From: Phycisphaerae bacterium
Lineage (GTDB): Bacteria > Planctomycetota > Phycisphaerae > Phycisphaerales > Phycisphaeraceae
Length of the DNA stretch: 45,596 nucleotides
Assembly (NCBI GenBank): GCA_963581115.1
Contig: CAUZOD010000001.1
Coordinates: 1 to 45,596 of the forward strand
Reading direction: 5' to 3'
Of this stretch, positions 30,244 through 39,631 are shown one piece after another. The notes below the pieces were generated by a model. It did no database searches. It saw nothing but the letters and a program-made list of their open reading frames with translations, and was not told the origin of the DNA. A program made the position numbers and the translations under genes. Within the stretch, counting starts at the first letter, position 1. Every line of letters starts with the position of its first letter.

Positions 30244-30316
30244 TACCTCCTCCAGGACTCGAACCTGGAACCTGCGGATTAAGAATCCGATGCTCTGCCG
30301 ATTGAGCTAAGGAGGC
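30244..30316 (-). tRNA. tRNA-Lys (anticodon CUU)
   Basis: Hand-folded 73-nt cloverleaf: acceptor GCCTCCT/AGGAGGT, D arm GCTC..GAGC, anticodon loop TTCTTAA, T arm CCAGG-TTCGAGT-CCTGG, discriminator A. CCA is not encoded. Confidence 0.9.
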
Positions 30317-30447
30317 GGCATCCGCTGAAAATTTTCCAGCCACATTCGTGTGGGCGCATCCAGCGATTCCGGAATTCTAAGGCCGCTACTGGGGCTGTCA
30401 AGACGGTGGCTTTGCGGGTATTTGTGGCGGAACCTATCATCATACAT

Positions 30448-31548
30448 ATGAGAGATTTGCAATGTTCATTTCTGGCAATGGCGTTGTGGCTTGTGGTGAT
30501 GATGGTGGTGGAGGCTCAGGCGCAGGAGGTGTACGAACTGGATCAGGGGCAGTGGCGAAAGCAGAAGGTTTATGATCCAGGGTCCCCAGAGGGCCAACTT
30601 CAGTTCGTCCGCAAGCGACTGGCTGAAGGCAAGGGCGACTTGGCAGAAGAAATCGTCGAGCAGTGGATCAAGGACCACCCGCACAGTCCACTTCAGGCTG
30701 AGGCCAGACTACTGCTCGGAGATGCCAAAGTTTCCCAGAAACGCTTTTACAAAGCCCTGTTCGACTACGAGTATGTCATTCGTGCCTACTCCGCTACGGA
30801 ACAATTCCATACTGCCTTGGAGCGGGAGTTCGAGATCGCTCGTCTCTTCATCAACGGCCTGAGGCGTCTCTTTCTGGGAAGGCGCATGCTTCCAGCTGCG
30901 GGCGAAGGCGAGGAACTGCTGATTCGGATCCAGGAGCGTGCTCCGGGTAGTGAAATAGGTGAACGTGCAAGCCTGTTTCTGGGCGATTATTACTTTGATG
31001 CTGGCGAGATGGCCAATGCAGCGGATGCATACGATCTGTTCCTGATCAACTATCCCGACGCCCTTAACCGTGAATGGGCGATGCTTCGGTTGATTCAGTC
31101 CAACCTGGCATGCTTTGCGGGTCCTGGCTTCGATCCTACTGGACTGATTGATGCCCGGACCCGCCTGCACCAGTACGTTCAGGCGTATCCTGCCGCTGCC
31201 GAGCGCATCGACGCCATGGCGATAGACGTCCGTATTGAGCAATCCTTGGCGATGAAGCAACTAGTTACCGCTCGCTGGTATCAGATCCGCGGCGAGAACA
31301 TAAGTGCGGCGTATTTGTACAGGCGGTTGATCGAGGCCCATCCGGCGACCCCAGCCGCAGAACAGGCGGTCCAGCGGCTGGTGGCCCTGCCTGTGCCGGT
31401 TAAGGCTAAGACGATTGCTGCCCTGGCAGACAAGAATTTCCAGCTTCGTGAGTCGGCTATGTCGTCAAGTTCGGGGGAATCTATGGTAGAGGTTCCAGTG
31501 TCCGAAAATGCGGAAGGGACTGCGTCGAATCTGAATCCGGAGCGATAG
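30448..31548 (+). CDS. BamD/YfiO-like TPR outer-membrane assembly factor
   Basis: Signal peptide MRDLQCSFLAMALWLVVMMVVEAQA followed by TPR-like helices (HPHSPLQAEARLLLGDA, FLINYPDALNREWAM, YLYRRLIEAHPATPAAEQA). Confidence 0.5.
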   Translation: MRDLQCSFLAMALWLVVMMVVEAQAQEVYELDQGQWRKQKVYDPGSPEGQLQFVRKRLAEGKGDLAEEIVEQWIKDHPHSPLQAEARLLLGDAKVSQKRFYKALFDYEYVIRAYSATEQFHTALEREFEIARLFINGLRRLFLGRRMLPAAGEGEELLIRIQERAPGSEIGERASLFLGDYYFDAGEMANAADAYDLFLINYPDALNREWAMLRLIQSNLACFAGPGFDPTGLIDARTRLHQYVQAYPAAAERIDAMAIDVRIEQSLAMKQLVTARWYQIRGENISAAYLYRRLIEAHPATPAAEQAVQRLVALPVPVKAKTIAALADKNFQLRESAMSSSSGESMVEVPVSENAEGTASNLNPER

Positions 31549-31553
31549 TGAAC

Positions 31554-32051
31554 ATGCTACGTGCTGTGATACTGTTGGGATTGGGGTGCATTCTTGGCGG
31601 TTGTGGATATGCCACCAAGGAACTTTTTCCAGAGCAGTACCAGACGGTTGCGTCCACGATTTTCAACAACCGGACGTTTTACCGCCAGGTGGAATTTGGT
31701 CTGGCCGAAGCTGTCAAGAAGCAGATCGAAGCTCGTACGCCCTATAAGATTGTCAATCCTATGCATGCTGACACGATTATTCAGGGAACGATCACGGATA
31801 TCGACCAGGGGCTGATATCCCGTGTCAATCCCGGTGCGATTCCAGAGCAAGTTGAGATCACGATCAAGGCGGATTTTGAATGGAAGGATCTGCGCACGGG
31901 CAAGGTGATCATGAACCGTCGTGGCTTTAGTGCGACAGGTTGGTATGCTCCGACCACCCCAGTCAGTGAGCCATATACCTTGGCCCAACACCAGTTGGTG
32001 GAGCAGTTAGCACAGGGGATCGTCTCATCCATGCGATCAGAAGACTGGTAA
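31554..32051 (+). CDS. LptE-like lipoprotein
   Basis: Lipobox LGCILGGC-GY followed by an LptE-like pattern (FNNRTF, ADTIIQGTITDI, trailing W). GTG 31548 overlaps the upstream TAG by 1 nt. ATG 31554 is preferred. Confidence 0.5.
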   Translation: MLRAVILLGLGCILGGCGYATKELFPEQYQTVASTIFNNRTFYRQVEFGLAEAVKKQIEARTPYKIVNPMHADTIIQGTITDIDQGLISRVNPGAIPEQVEITIKADFEWKDLRTGKVIMNRRGFSATGWYAPTTPVSEPYTLAQHQLVEQLAQGIVSSMRSEDW

Positions 32052-32202
32052 CATATACTTTCTGGTGGCTGACCTTCGATCAGCCCGGTGGGGTATTCGG
32101 CCGATATGGACAGTGAGGTGATGGCCTCTCTCCGAATACGCCTACAATACTGCGGTTCGGGCCGATGTGCCAAACGGGTCGGTCACGATGTGAGGACTGC
32201 TG

Positions 32203-34299
32203 ATGTCGGACGATAAAGGCCCCAGACCAACCAAGCACGACGCCGATGGCCAGGGATCGGACCGGCGTGGTCCCAAGGGCGAGGACTCCGGCGGGCCGCG
32301 CGGTCCCGGCGGCGGCAAAAATCCCAATTTCATGTCTCGCGGCGCCTTGGGTTGGATCCTTCTCGGTGGCTTGGCGATCGCCTTGTTGTTGATGATGAAT
32401 CACCACAGCCACAGCGCCAAGGAAGTGACCTGGAAGCAGTTCAAGACCCATGCCGAACAGAATGAGATCCTGCTCGATCCGCAGCACGAAATTGTCATGG
32501 ACGATCGCAGGATTACTGCAACTCTCGTGCACCCGCTCCAAGGGTTCCCAGACCAGGGTCTGGAGACGGAGAACAAGGTCTTTGTCAGTATCAACCCAAA
32601 GATCCAGCCCCTGATGATCCACGATCTGGATCAACTCGAGCTGCCCTATCGTATTAAAGCCAGCCGAGATTTTCTCTGGAACATGCTGTTTAGCTGGGGG
32701 CCGATCTTACTGATCCTATTTCTGATTTACTTTTTCGTCTTCCGTTCATTGCGTAATGCTGGCGGTGGTCCGGGAATGCTGGGGAACTTTGGTCGGTCAC
32801 GCCACAAGGTGCTGACAAAAGAGCACTCGAGTAATACTTTGGACGATGTAGCTGGAATTGACGAGGCGAAGGACGAAGTTGCTGAAATCATTGAGTTTCT
32901 CAAGAATCCCAAGAAATTCCAACGGTTGGGTGGGCGTGTTCCTCGGGGTGTGTTGCTGATTGGGCCTCCGGGTTGTGGCAAGACGCTCCTAGCTAAGGCG
33001 GTTGCCGGAGAGGCGGATGTTCCGTTCTTCTCAATTTCAGGGTCAGATTTTGTGGAGATGTTTGTTGGGGTAGGGGCATCGCGAGTGCGAGACCTGTTCA
33101 AGCAGGCCAAAGAATCATCGCCCTGCATTATCTTCCTAGACGAGATTGACGCCGTTGGTCGCCGTCGTGGCAGCGGCTTCTCTTCTGGCGGACACGATGA
33201 ACGTGAACAGACGCTCAACGCAATTCTGGTGGAGATGGATGGATTTGATTCCTTGGACCAGGTAATCGTGGTGGCATCAACCAATCGTGCGGATGTGCTC
33301 GATCCCGCGCTGACGCGTCCGGGCCGCTTCGACCGACAGGTGCATGTGTCGTTACCGGATATAAAGGGTAGGGTTGAGATTTTCAAGGTTCATTCGAAGA
33401 AGGTAAAGATGGGCCCGGGCGTAGATCTGGAAAAACTGGCTCGCGGCACACCGATGTTTTCCGGGGCAGACCTTGAAGCAATCATCAATGAAGCGGCGAT
33501 CAACGCCACAATGGCAACGAAGGATTTTATCGAGCAGGCCGATCTGGAAGAGGCTCGCGACAAGGTACGCTGGGGGCGGGCCCGGAAAAGTCACAAGATC
33601 GAGGAAGATGAAAAGAGGGTCATTGCCTACCACGAGGCCGGGCATGCGGTCGCCACCTATTTCGATTCAGACTCTGAGCCATTGCACAAGGTCACCATCA
33701 TTCCTCGCGGCCCGACGCTTGGAGTGACGTTTATGCTGCCGGAGAAGGACAAGCATATCCACTCCAAGAAGCAACTCTTGGCCATGATGCGTGTCAGTTA
33801 TGGGGGTCGGATTTCTGAGGAGATGTTCACGGGCGACCAGTACAATGGCACCGGAGGCGACATTCGGATGGCCACCAACATTGCTCGTGCCATGGTGACC
33901 GAATATGGCATGTCCGATCGTGTCGGTTTCGTGTATTGTGGCGATGAGGAGGATCGTCAACCTTGGGATTCATCCGATTCCATGAGTGATCAGACGGCAC
34001 GAATCATCGACGAAGAAATCAAGGCGGTGATTGACCAGACCTTTGCTGAAACCACTCAGCTTCTGGAGAAACATCGCCAGCAGGTTGAGGACTTAGCCCA
34101 GGCGCTGCTCCAATATGAGACGTTAAATGCCGAAGAGATCAAGAAGATTATGGCGGGTCAGCCCTTGCACAAGGCCACGGTCAGTGACTTGCTGGAGGCT
34201 GAAAAATCTAAAGCCGAGGTGTCACAGCCCAAGCCAATTTCCACCCCAGTGAGTGACCTCGATGACGACGCCCCTAGCGCGATGCCGAGTCCCGCTTGA
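32203..34299 (+). CDS. ftsH: ATP-dependent zinc metalloprotease FtsH
   Basis: Walker [19 protein letters not shown], Walker [31 protein letters not shown] and zinc motif HEAGHA. Confidence 0.95.
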   Translation: MSDDKGPRPTKHDADGQGSDRRGPKGEDSGGPRGPGGGKNPNFMSRGALGWILLGGLAIALLLMMNHHSHSAKEVTWKQFKTHAEQNEILLDPQHEIVMDDRRITATLVHPLQGFPDQGLETENKVFVSINPKIQPLMIHDLDQLELPYRIKASRDFLWNMLFSWGPILLILFLIYFFVFRSLRNAGGGPGMLGNFGRSRHKVLTKEHSSNTLDDVAGIDEAKDEVAEIIEFLKNPKKFQRLGGRVPRGVLLIGPPGCGKTLLAKAVAGEADVPFFSISGSDFVEMFVGVGASRVRDLFKQAKESSPCIIFLDEIDAVGRRRGSGFSSGGHDEREQTLNAILVEMDGFDSLDQVIVVASTNRADVLDPALTRPGRFDRQVHVSLPDIKGRVEIFKVHSKKVKMGPGVDLEKLARGTPMFSGADLEAIINEAAINATMATKDFIEQADLEEARDKVRWGRARKSHKIEEDEKRVIAYHEAGHAVATYFDSDSEPLHKVTIIPRGPTLGVTFMLPEKDKHIHSKKQLLAMMRVSYGGRISEEMFTGDQYNGTGGDIRMATNIARAMVTEYGMSDRVGFVYCGDEEDRQPWDSSDSMSDQTARIIDEEIKAVIDQTFAETTQLLEKHRQQVEDLAQALLQYETLNAEEIKKIMAGQPLHKATVSDLLEAEKSKAEVSQPKPISTPVSDLDDDAPSAMPSPA

Positions 34300-34497
34300 G
34301 ATCCGGTCCATATAGTCAGTTACTTCGTCACGAACGGGCAGTACTGTCTGACAGTGCTCTATTTCACTCTGATCGGGTCAGCGGCGCGCAAATTAGCCAC
34401 GGGCGAGTTGAATACGTTAAAAACCAAGTTCATGGACTGGCAATGTTTCGGCCGCCACTGCTGGTTGTGCCATAGCAGGGGGGGCAAAAAATGAGGT

Positions 34498-34770
34498 TTA
34501 CGCGGCAGCCCGCTGTTTTGTCGATCCGCCTTTGCTTGGTTGGGGCGTGGTGGCAGCTACGATCAGTGGGTGTTTGCGCAGCCAACCCAGCCGCAGCAGC
34601 CTCAGGGCCACGTAGATACTCCAGAGGTAGCACAGTCCGAGGTAGGTAATTACGATATGTAGCAGAAACTGTGTCATTGAAGGCACCGCCAGTGGATATC
34701 GATGGGTCTGGATTCGGACCACAAATTTCGCTGTGGCAACCAGCAATACGAGAATAGATTCCCCTCGCAA
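34498..34770 (-). CDS. Possible small membrane protein
   Basis: Hydrophobic stretches ILVLLVATAKFVV and FLLHIVITYLGLCYLWSIYVAL. Internal ATG at 34677. No homology recognised. Confidence 0.2.
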   Translation of the reverse strand: MRGESILVLLVATAKFVVRIQTHRYPLAVPSMTQFLLHIVITYLGLCYLWSIYVALRLLRLGWLRKHPLIVAATTPQPSKGGSTKQRAAA

Positions 34771-35004
34771 ATAAATTATAAGACAATTTATATAAACTAT
34801 TTACAAGCTTATGACAGTTCTGCTCTACGGGGATTGGGCCATGAGCCCATATGCCGGCAGTTGGTGGTGCGCTTCCACAGAAACTGCGGAAAATTGTCAA
34901 TTGGCCGGATTCCGCAGGCACTCTGGATCGAATTTATTTTTTACCAGGTGACTTGCCGCACGGCGAGGTGGCCAAGTGCTTTAATATGCATCTGTGTATG
35001 GATC

Positions 35005-35077
35005 GACCGGGTAGCTCAGTTGGTAGAGCATCGGCCTTTTAAGCCGCTGGTCCTGGGTTCGAGTCCCAGCCCGGTCA
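35005..35077 (+). tRNA. tRNA-Lys (anticodon UUU)
   Basis: Hand-folded 73-nt cloverleaf: acceptor GACCGGG/CCCGGTC, D arm GCTC..GAGC, anticodon loop CTTTTAA, T arm CTGGG-TTCGAGT-CCCAG, discriminator A. Confidence 0.9.
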
Positions 35078-36069
35078 TTGGATCACGACGTCGCGTGATG
35101 TGGCAATGAATCGCGTAGTTGCGCATTTCTACTTGACTTAAATTCTTCTTTTCTTGCGTGATCTGTTGTTGATTGTTTGCACTGTTTCGCACCGGTTAGC
35201 ATGCTTGAGTGCACTGACTGCTGTCGAATCTGTTGACACCCCTGGGAATCTCCAGTCGTGCCCCGTAGCCTTCAGGCTCGTGTTGTTCTCTTGGTCAGTA
35301 TCAGGAAGGCCGTCAAGGGCCGCCTTGACGTCGTGGAGACTGAAGTGAGGAAAGAGGAAAAAACGACTACGGTGAAAATGGGTGAGACATCGAGTCAATC
35401 GTGCGATATTGGGAAATTCTCCCTAGATTCCGGAGAGTATGAGGTAAGCGTATTGTTGGATCCATGCGGAAACGTACCAGAGTGTGAGGGCATGGAGCCG
35501 CGCTCCAAATCAATTGCTTTTGTTGTTGACTAGTGGTGTGCCGCAATGAGATACGGGTTTACCCAAAAATTCTGGTGCAGCTTTTAAAGTCAATCAGCTT
35601 CCTGCCTGGTCATCAAATAACTTTTCAAGAATCTGTTCCCGCCTTTCCCATTCCTTTGGTTCCATACCTTCTGGCTTATTTCTAAGCAATCTGAATATTT
35701 AGTTCTTCAGAACCAGTAATTTTCCAGATTGATATTGGCCATTCTGATCCAATCTTTTTGGCATTATGGTATCACAGCATCATCCTATTTAATGATTTGT
35801 GTGTTTTTGTTTTAACTGGAAAAAGTGCGAATTACGGATTTGAGTATCTACCGCATACCCAGACCTTTGTATATAAAGAGTGCAAGGGTTGTACTGCCTG
35901 TTTGACCCATTTAGATATCAGGTGTGAGTCAAATTAAGCCATTTGAGTAACGGAGAAGAAGTTTGTATTTTCAAGACAGGCTGGATATTTTATCGGGAAT
36001 GAGGTTTGTCGGCGTAGCTAAGCAAGGGAAGACAATGCTATATGGAAAATTCCAAGAAGGACTAAGAAG

Positions 36070-36339
36070 ATGAGCAATCGTGTCTTGTTGATCTTGTTGA
36101 GCGTACTGATTGCGCCCGGTGGTGCGGCGGCCGAGCAGCGGGATTTGGTGTCTGCGGCGCGGGCGCCGGTCTCGATGGTCAAAGGCAAGAAGCTGATTCG
36201 CGTGGCTAGCGAGTTATGCAGTCGCTTTCCTGAGGTGATTGGTCCCTCGATGGCGGATGCCGATCTGCCGGCACGGGTTAAGATTTGGCAGCATACCGGG
36301 CTGGACGGCATGGTCTTCAGCATGGCCACACACGATTAA
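36070..36339 (+). pseudogene. Signal-peptide-bearing N-terminal piece of the downstream glycosidase-like gene, cut off by an in-frame TAA
   Basis: MSNRVLLILLSVLIAPGGAAA signal peptide, then IWQHTGLDGMVFSMATHD*. TAA 36337-36339 is in the same frame as ATG 36358. Confidence 0.45.
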
Positions 36340-36357
36340 AGCAAGCTGGAGCGGAAC

Positions 36358-37836
36358 ATGTCCGGCCAGTGGTGGAAGCTAGTGCCGATCACCTATGAAG
36401 AACTGAGGCCGGAGATCGAGGCGTTCAAGTCGGTCAAGGATTGGGGGCGGCTCACCGACAATTTTTTATGGGGAGGCGGACCGGGTTCGATCTGGGGCGA
36501 AGGCGACCCAGGCATTGCCGAAACACAGGATTGGTTCAACGATGATCACTGGAAGATCATTCTTCCCAATGTCAAACTCCAAGCGCGGATCGCTCGGGAG
36601 TTGAAATTCAAAGGCATTATGCTGGACGTGGAGCAGTATCATCATCACGGCCGCGGACCCTGGCGGTTTCCGTTCGACTACCATTATTATGCCGAGTCGG
36701 GTTACAAACTCACCGGTGAAGTGGCGCCGCGTCCACTGTCTCAGGTTGCAGACAAGGTGTATCACCGCGCCCAGCAATATGGCCGGGCGATTTGCCAGGT
36801 CTACCCCGGCCTGACACTGTTTCTGATTCCCGCGATCTATCGGCCCAACGACCTGACCGACCGGGAAATCCTATTCCCGGCATTTCTGGACGGCTTGGTG
36901 GCTGGCTTGGATGACGATTCGCCATTGTTGCTTGGATCGGAACAAACCTATGTTTGTTCACAGTACAGTGACATGGCAATCATCAGAGACGGGACCATCG
37001 CACAGATGTGCTCTAGAAGTAGGGACCCTGACCGTCTCCGGCAGAAGCTGAGCTTCGCCGTGGGTATCTGGACCGACGGCGGCCATGGCCGCCGATACAG
37101 CGATACCGATGTATCGATCAACCACCGCGATCCCGAACGTCACAAGCATGCGGTGCACAACGCTCTGGCGGCTTCGGATCATTATGGCTGGTTGTATGGT
37201 GAAAAATCGTACTATCTGGCCACCGACCCCACACCGTTGACCCGCCGGTATCTGCAAGCCAATACCGATGGCCACTTCTCCCAGGATCTGAACTGGCAGC
37301 CCGAGCCCAAATGGGACATGGCGGATTACACGGACCATGATGCGCAGATGGCAGCGGCAGATGCGCGATTCTGGTCCGAGATCGGCGCGGAGGGTTACCG
37401 CGTCGCCTTCGAATTTCCGGAATACTGGCATTTCTATTACGACACTGAGGAACGTGGCCGCTCGATTCATTGGAAATACCCGCATGCCGGTTGGCCGAAG
37501 ATCAGTACCCTCAGATGCTGGCAGTCACAATCAATCAAGGCCAATGGGGAGGGTGTTTGCCGCGTGAAATTCGATGCCCCCGTAGACTTGAACCCTCGAA
37601 CACAACAGATCTTCCTGGCCTTCGGTGGTTTTCCTGCGGATCATCACGACTCGTGGACGGTCGTCCGGCTCAACGGCAAGGGCTATCCAATCAAAAACCT
37701 TTTAGATGTGTCCGACAGGATCAGGCCTGGGGTAAGCAATTTTCTTGCGGTTGAGTTGATCAACAAAACTGGCCCTGGTGGTCCGCTGGGCCACGTCAAG
37801 CTGCTGGTGCGCAATCGCAAGAAACAGGAAAACTGA
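36358..37836 (+). CDS. Glycoside-hydrolase-like protein with a C-terminal beta-sandwich (sugar-binding-like) domain and no signal peptide of its own
   Basis: FKGIMLDVEQYHHHG plus a C-terminal segment FLAFGGFPADHHDSWTVVRLNGKGYPIKNLLDVSDRIRPGVSNFLAVELIN that resembles GH2-type sugar-binding domains. Family not identified. Confidence 0.45.
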   Translation: MSGQWWKLVPITYEELRPEIEAFKSVKDWGRLTDNFLWGGGPGSIWGEGDPGIAETQDWFNDDHWKIILPNVKLQARIARELKFKGIMLDVEQYHHHGRGPWRFPFDYHYYAESGYKLTGEVAPRPLSQVADKVYHRAQQYGRAICQVYPGLTLFLIPAIYRPNDLTDREILFPAFLDGLVAGLDDDSPLLLGSEQTYVCSQYSDMAIIRDGTIAQMCSRSRDPDRLRQKLSFAVGIWTDGGHGRRYSDTDVSINHRDPERHKHAVHNALAASDHYGWLYGEKSYYLATDPTPLTRRYLQANTDGHFSQDLNWQPEPKWDMADYTDHDAQMAAADARFWSEIGAEGYRVAFEFPEYWHFYYDTEERGRSIHWKYPHAGWPKISTLRCWQSQSIKANGEGVCRVKFDAPVDLNPRTQQIFLAFGGFPADHHDSWTVVRLNGKGYPIKNLLDVSDRIRPGVSNFLAVELINKTGPGGPLGHVKLLVRNRKKQEN

Positions 37837-38504
37837 CATGCCGAAAAAATTTCAGGTGGGCCATTCAAATCTATTAAATTCTGGCACGACGATTTGGCAA
37901 GGATCCTGAAATTGATGCTGTTAGATATAACTTTAGAGATACCGACCTCGAAACAACTCGACAGGAGGTCATACAAGCAGCGATGAAAGCCTTTGGTTCG
38001 TCAAACGCAATCACCGCTTCAACTGGCACCGTTATTTGGAAGGACGTATCTGCTTATGGTATTAAAATTGATGACACACGATACTCTGTATCAAAACCGT
38101 GCAAATAAGTTTGGTATTCGTCACTTCGTGTTGCACGGGATGTCCTGCTTGTTCAGGTAGCCAAACATGTCATTCTTGCCATAACTGGACTCAGGTGGTC
38201 CGCAAACGCAAGAAATGCGTTTAGATAAAGTACCCTTGGGATTCCCATTCCCTAGAGACATCAAATGTTCTTTCGTGTTTGCGCAAGGCGCCGCCCAACA
38301 GATCCTTGTCTGGCAGCCCGCATCTAGCACGGCCTGAATGTGACCGGCAACTGCTAGAAATACGCTCCCGGCAACCACCACACGGCCCCCTGCACGGCCT
38401 GCGATTCACCGCCATCGGTGCGCCTGAATATGTAGCCATCACACACCTCCGCGACGAGGGGCTGCTGATATCCTGTGACGGCGGGGGCGGGTTAGATCAG
38501 GATG

Positions 38505-38597
38505 TCATGCGGAGCGACGCACTACTAGACTACAGAGGAGAAACAGCAATGCCACCACAGCAGGTTCGGGAACTGGCCTAGCCAGTGCGTCGCGACT
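38505..38597 (-). other. PEP-CTERM-like sorting signal, in frame directly after the phosphatase TGA
   Basis: Codons after TGA 38600-38598 read SRDALARPVPEPAVVALLFLLCSLVVRRSA*: a PEP motif, a hydrophobic helix and a basic end. Confidence 0.5.
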
Positions 38598-39389
38598 TCA
38601 CGCGATCAGCGTGTCGCGAAGAGATGATAGTTCCGCCGCAGTTACACCCGCGTCGAGCAGGTAGGCTTCGACCTGCTGGTGCACCGTACCGTCAGGCGCG
38701 TGCGCGCGGAGGGCGGTGAGCAGGCTTTGAAATTCGTCCGAATACCGGGAACGAATCCCCCAGATGGAGAACGAGGTCAGTTCGTAGTCGCGGGCCAGGT
38801 GCTCGACCTTCTTGCCCAGCAACGCCCCGAGCATGAAGGCCACGGTGCCGGCACGATCCGCGCCGCCGAAACAGTGGATGAACACCGGATGATTTTCCGG
38901 ATCGGCAAGCACGACAAAGACCTGTCGATATTGCTCCGGCTGTCCCGCTTCAGCGATGTGCGCGTAGGGCAGAACAGGCGCACTGACCCAGCGGACCTTG
39001 CCGGGATCCAGTACTGGTCCGGTCGTCTCATCCGCGGCCCGGAGGTCGAGATCAGTCTTGATTCGAAGGTCGTCTTCGAGGATACGCCGGCCCGCTTCGG
39101 TAATGGTGAGGCGTGGGTGCATTTCGGAACCGCGGTAGATGTGCCCCTGGCTCACGACATTGCCACTCGGTAGCGGCCAACCCCCGATGTCGCGAACGTT
39201 GGAAATGCTGGGCACCGAGATCCAACGCGGGGTTGCGGCATGCGTGGTGAAGGACCACGTCGGCGACGTTGCCGCGACCTCGTCGTCGGCTCGGGCCGTT
39301 ACGGTCCAGTAGTAGGTCGTGCCGATGTGGAGATGAAATACTTCGGCTCGCGGTTGCCGGATCCCGCGCAGGGTGCGGGTGTGCCGCAT
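38598..39389 (-). CDS. Protein-tyrosine phosphatase (Y_phosphatase3-like), probably degraded at both ends
   Basis: NVRDIGGW and the active site HCFGGADRAGT. The first ATG (39389) falls inside an Ig/FN3-like module (GTTYYWTVTA). 91 sense codons upstream contain no ATG, GTG or TTG. Confidence 0.7.
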   Translation of the reverse strand: MRHTRTLRGIRQPRAEVFHLHIGTTYYWTVTARADDEVAATSPTWSFTTHAATPRWISVPSISNVRDIGGWPLPSGNVVSQGHIYRGSEMHPRLTITEAGRRILEDDLRIKTDLDLRAADETTGPVLDPGKVRWVSAPVLPYAHIAEAGQPEQYRQVFVVLADPENHPVFIHCFGGADRAGTVAFMLGALLGKKVEHLARDYELTSFSIWGIRSRYSDEFQSLLTALRAHAPDGTVHQQVEAYLLDAGVTAAELSSLRDTLIA

Positions 39390-39631
39390 GTCCTTGTGTT
39401 CGGACAGGCTCAGGTCGAAGAAGACGTCGTCCTCGTCATCGCCTTCTGCTTCCCAGGAGAAGAAAACGGGTTGCGCGTGGGTCCGATCTTCGCCGACCTC
39501 TTCCAGTCCGTCCCAGGCGATCGGGCCGAGTGTCGGCAGGAATTCGGATTCCGTGTCTTCCGGCCAGGAGAATTTTTGGAGAGGTCGGCTGGTTGAGGCG
39601 TTGGCGGGTTCTGTTAGATGTATCTCTATTT

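Noticed and set aside
35138-35533. Track ORFs 35258..35533 (+) and 35138..35398 (-) in the AT-rich tract after tRNA-Lys(UUU)
   Set aside because: They overlap each other on opposite strands and have no motifs, signal peptide or RBS. The composition is atypical for coding DNA in this window.
38121-38581. Track ORFs 38279..38581 (+), 38121..38381 (-) and 38221..38442 (-)
   Set aside because: They are mutually overlapping and have no motifs. The only convincing coding signal in this interval is the PEP-CTERM-like tail at 38505-38597 on the minus strand. The rest looks like non-coding or eroded DNA.
38598-38600. Selenocysteine or reassigned TGA in the phosphatase / PEP-CTERM junction
   Set aside because: The surrounding sequence has no redox-motif context, and I see no SECIS-like hairpin immediately downstream. 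TAG and TAA also interrupt other genes nearby, so a nonsense mutation is more parsimonious. Readthrough is kept only as an alternative in the finding.
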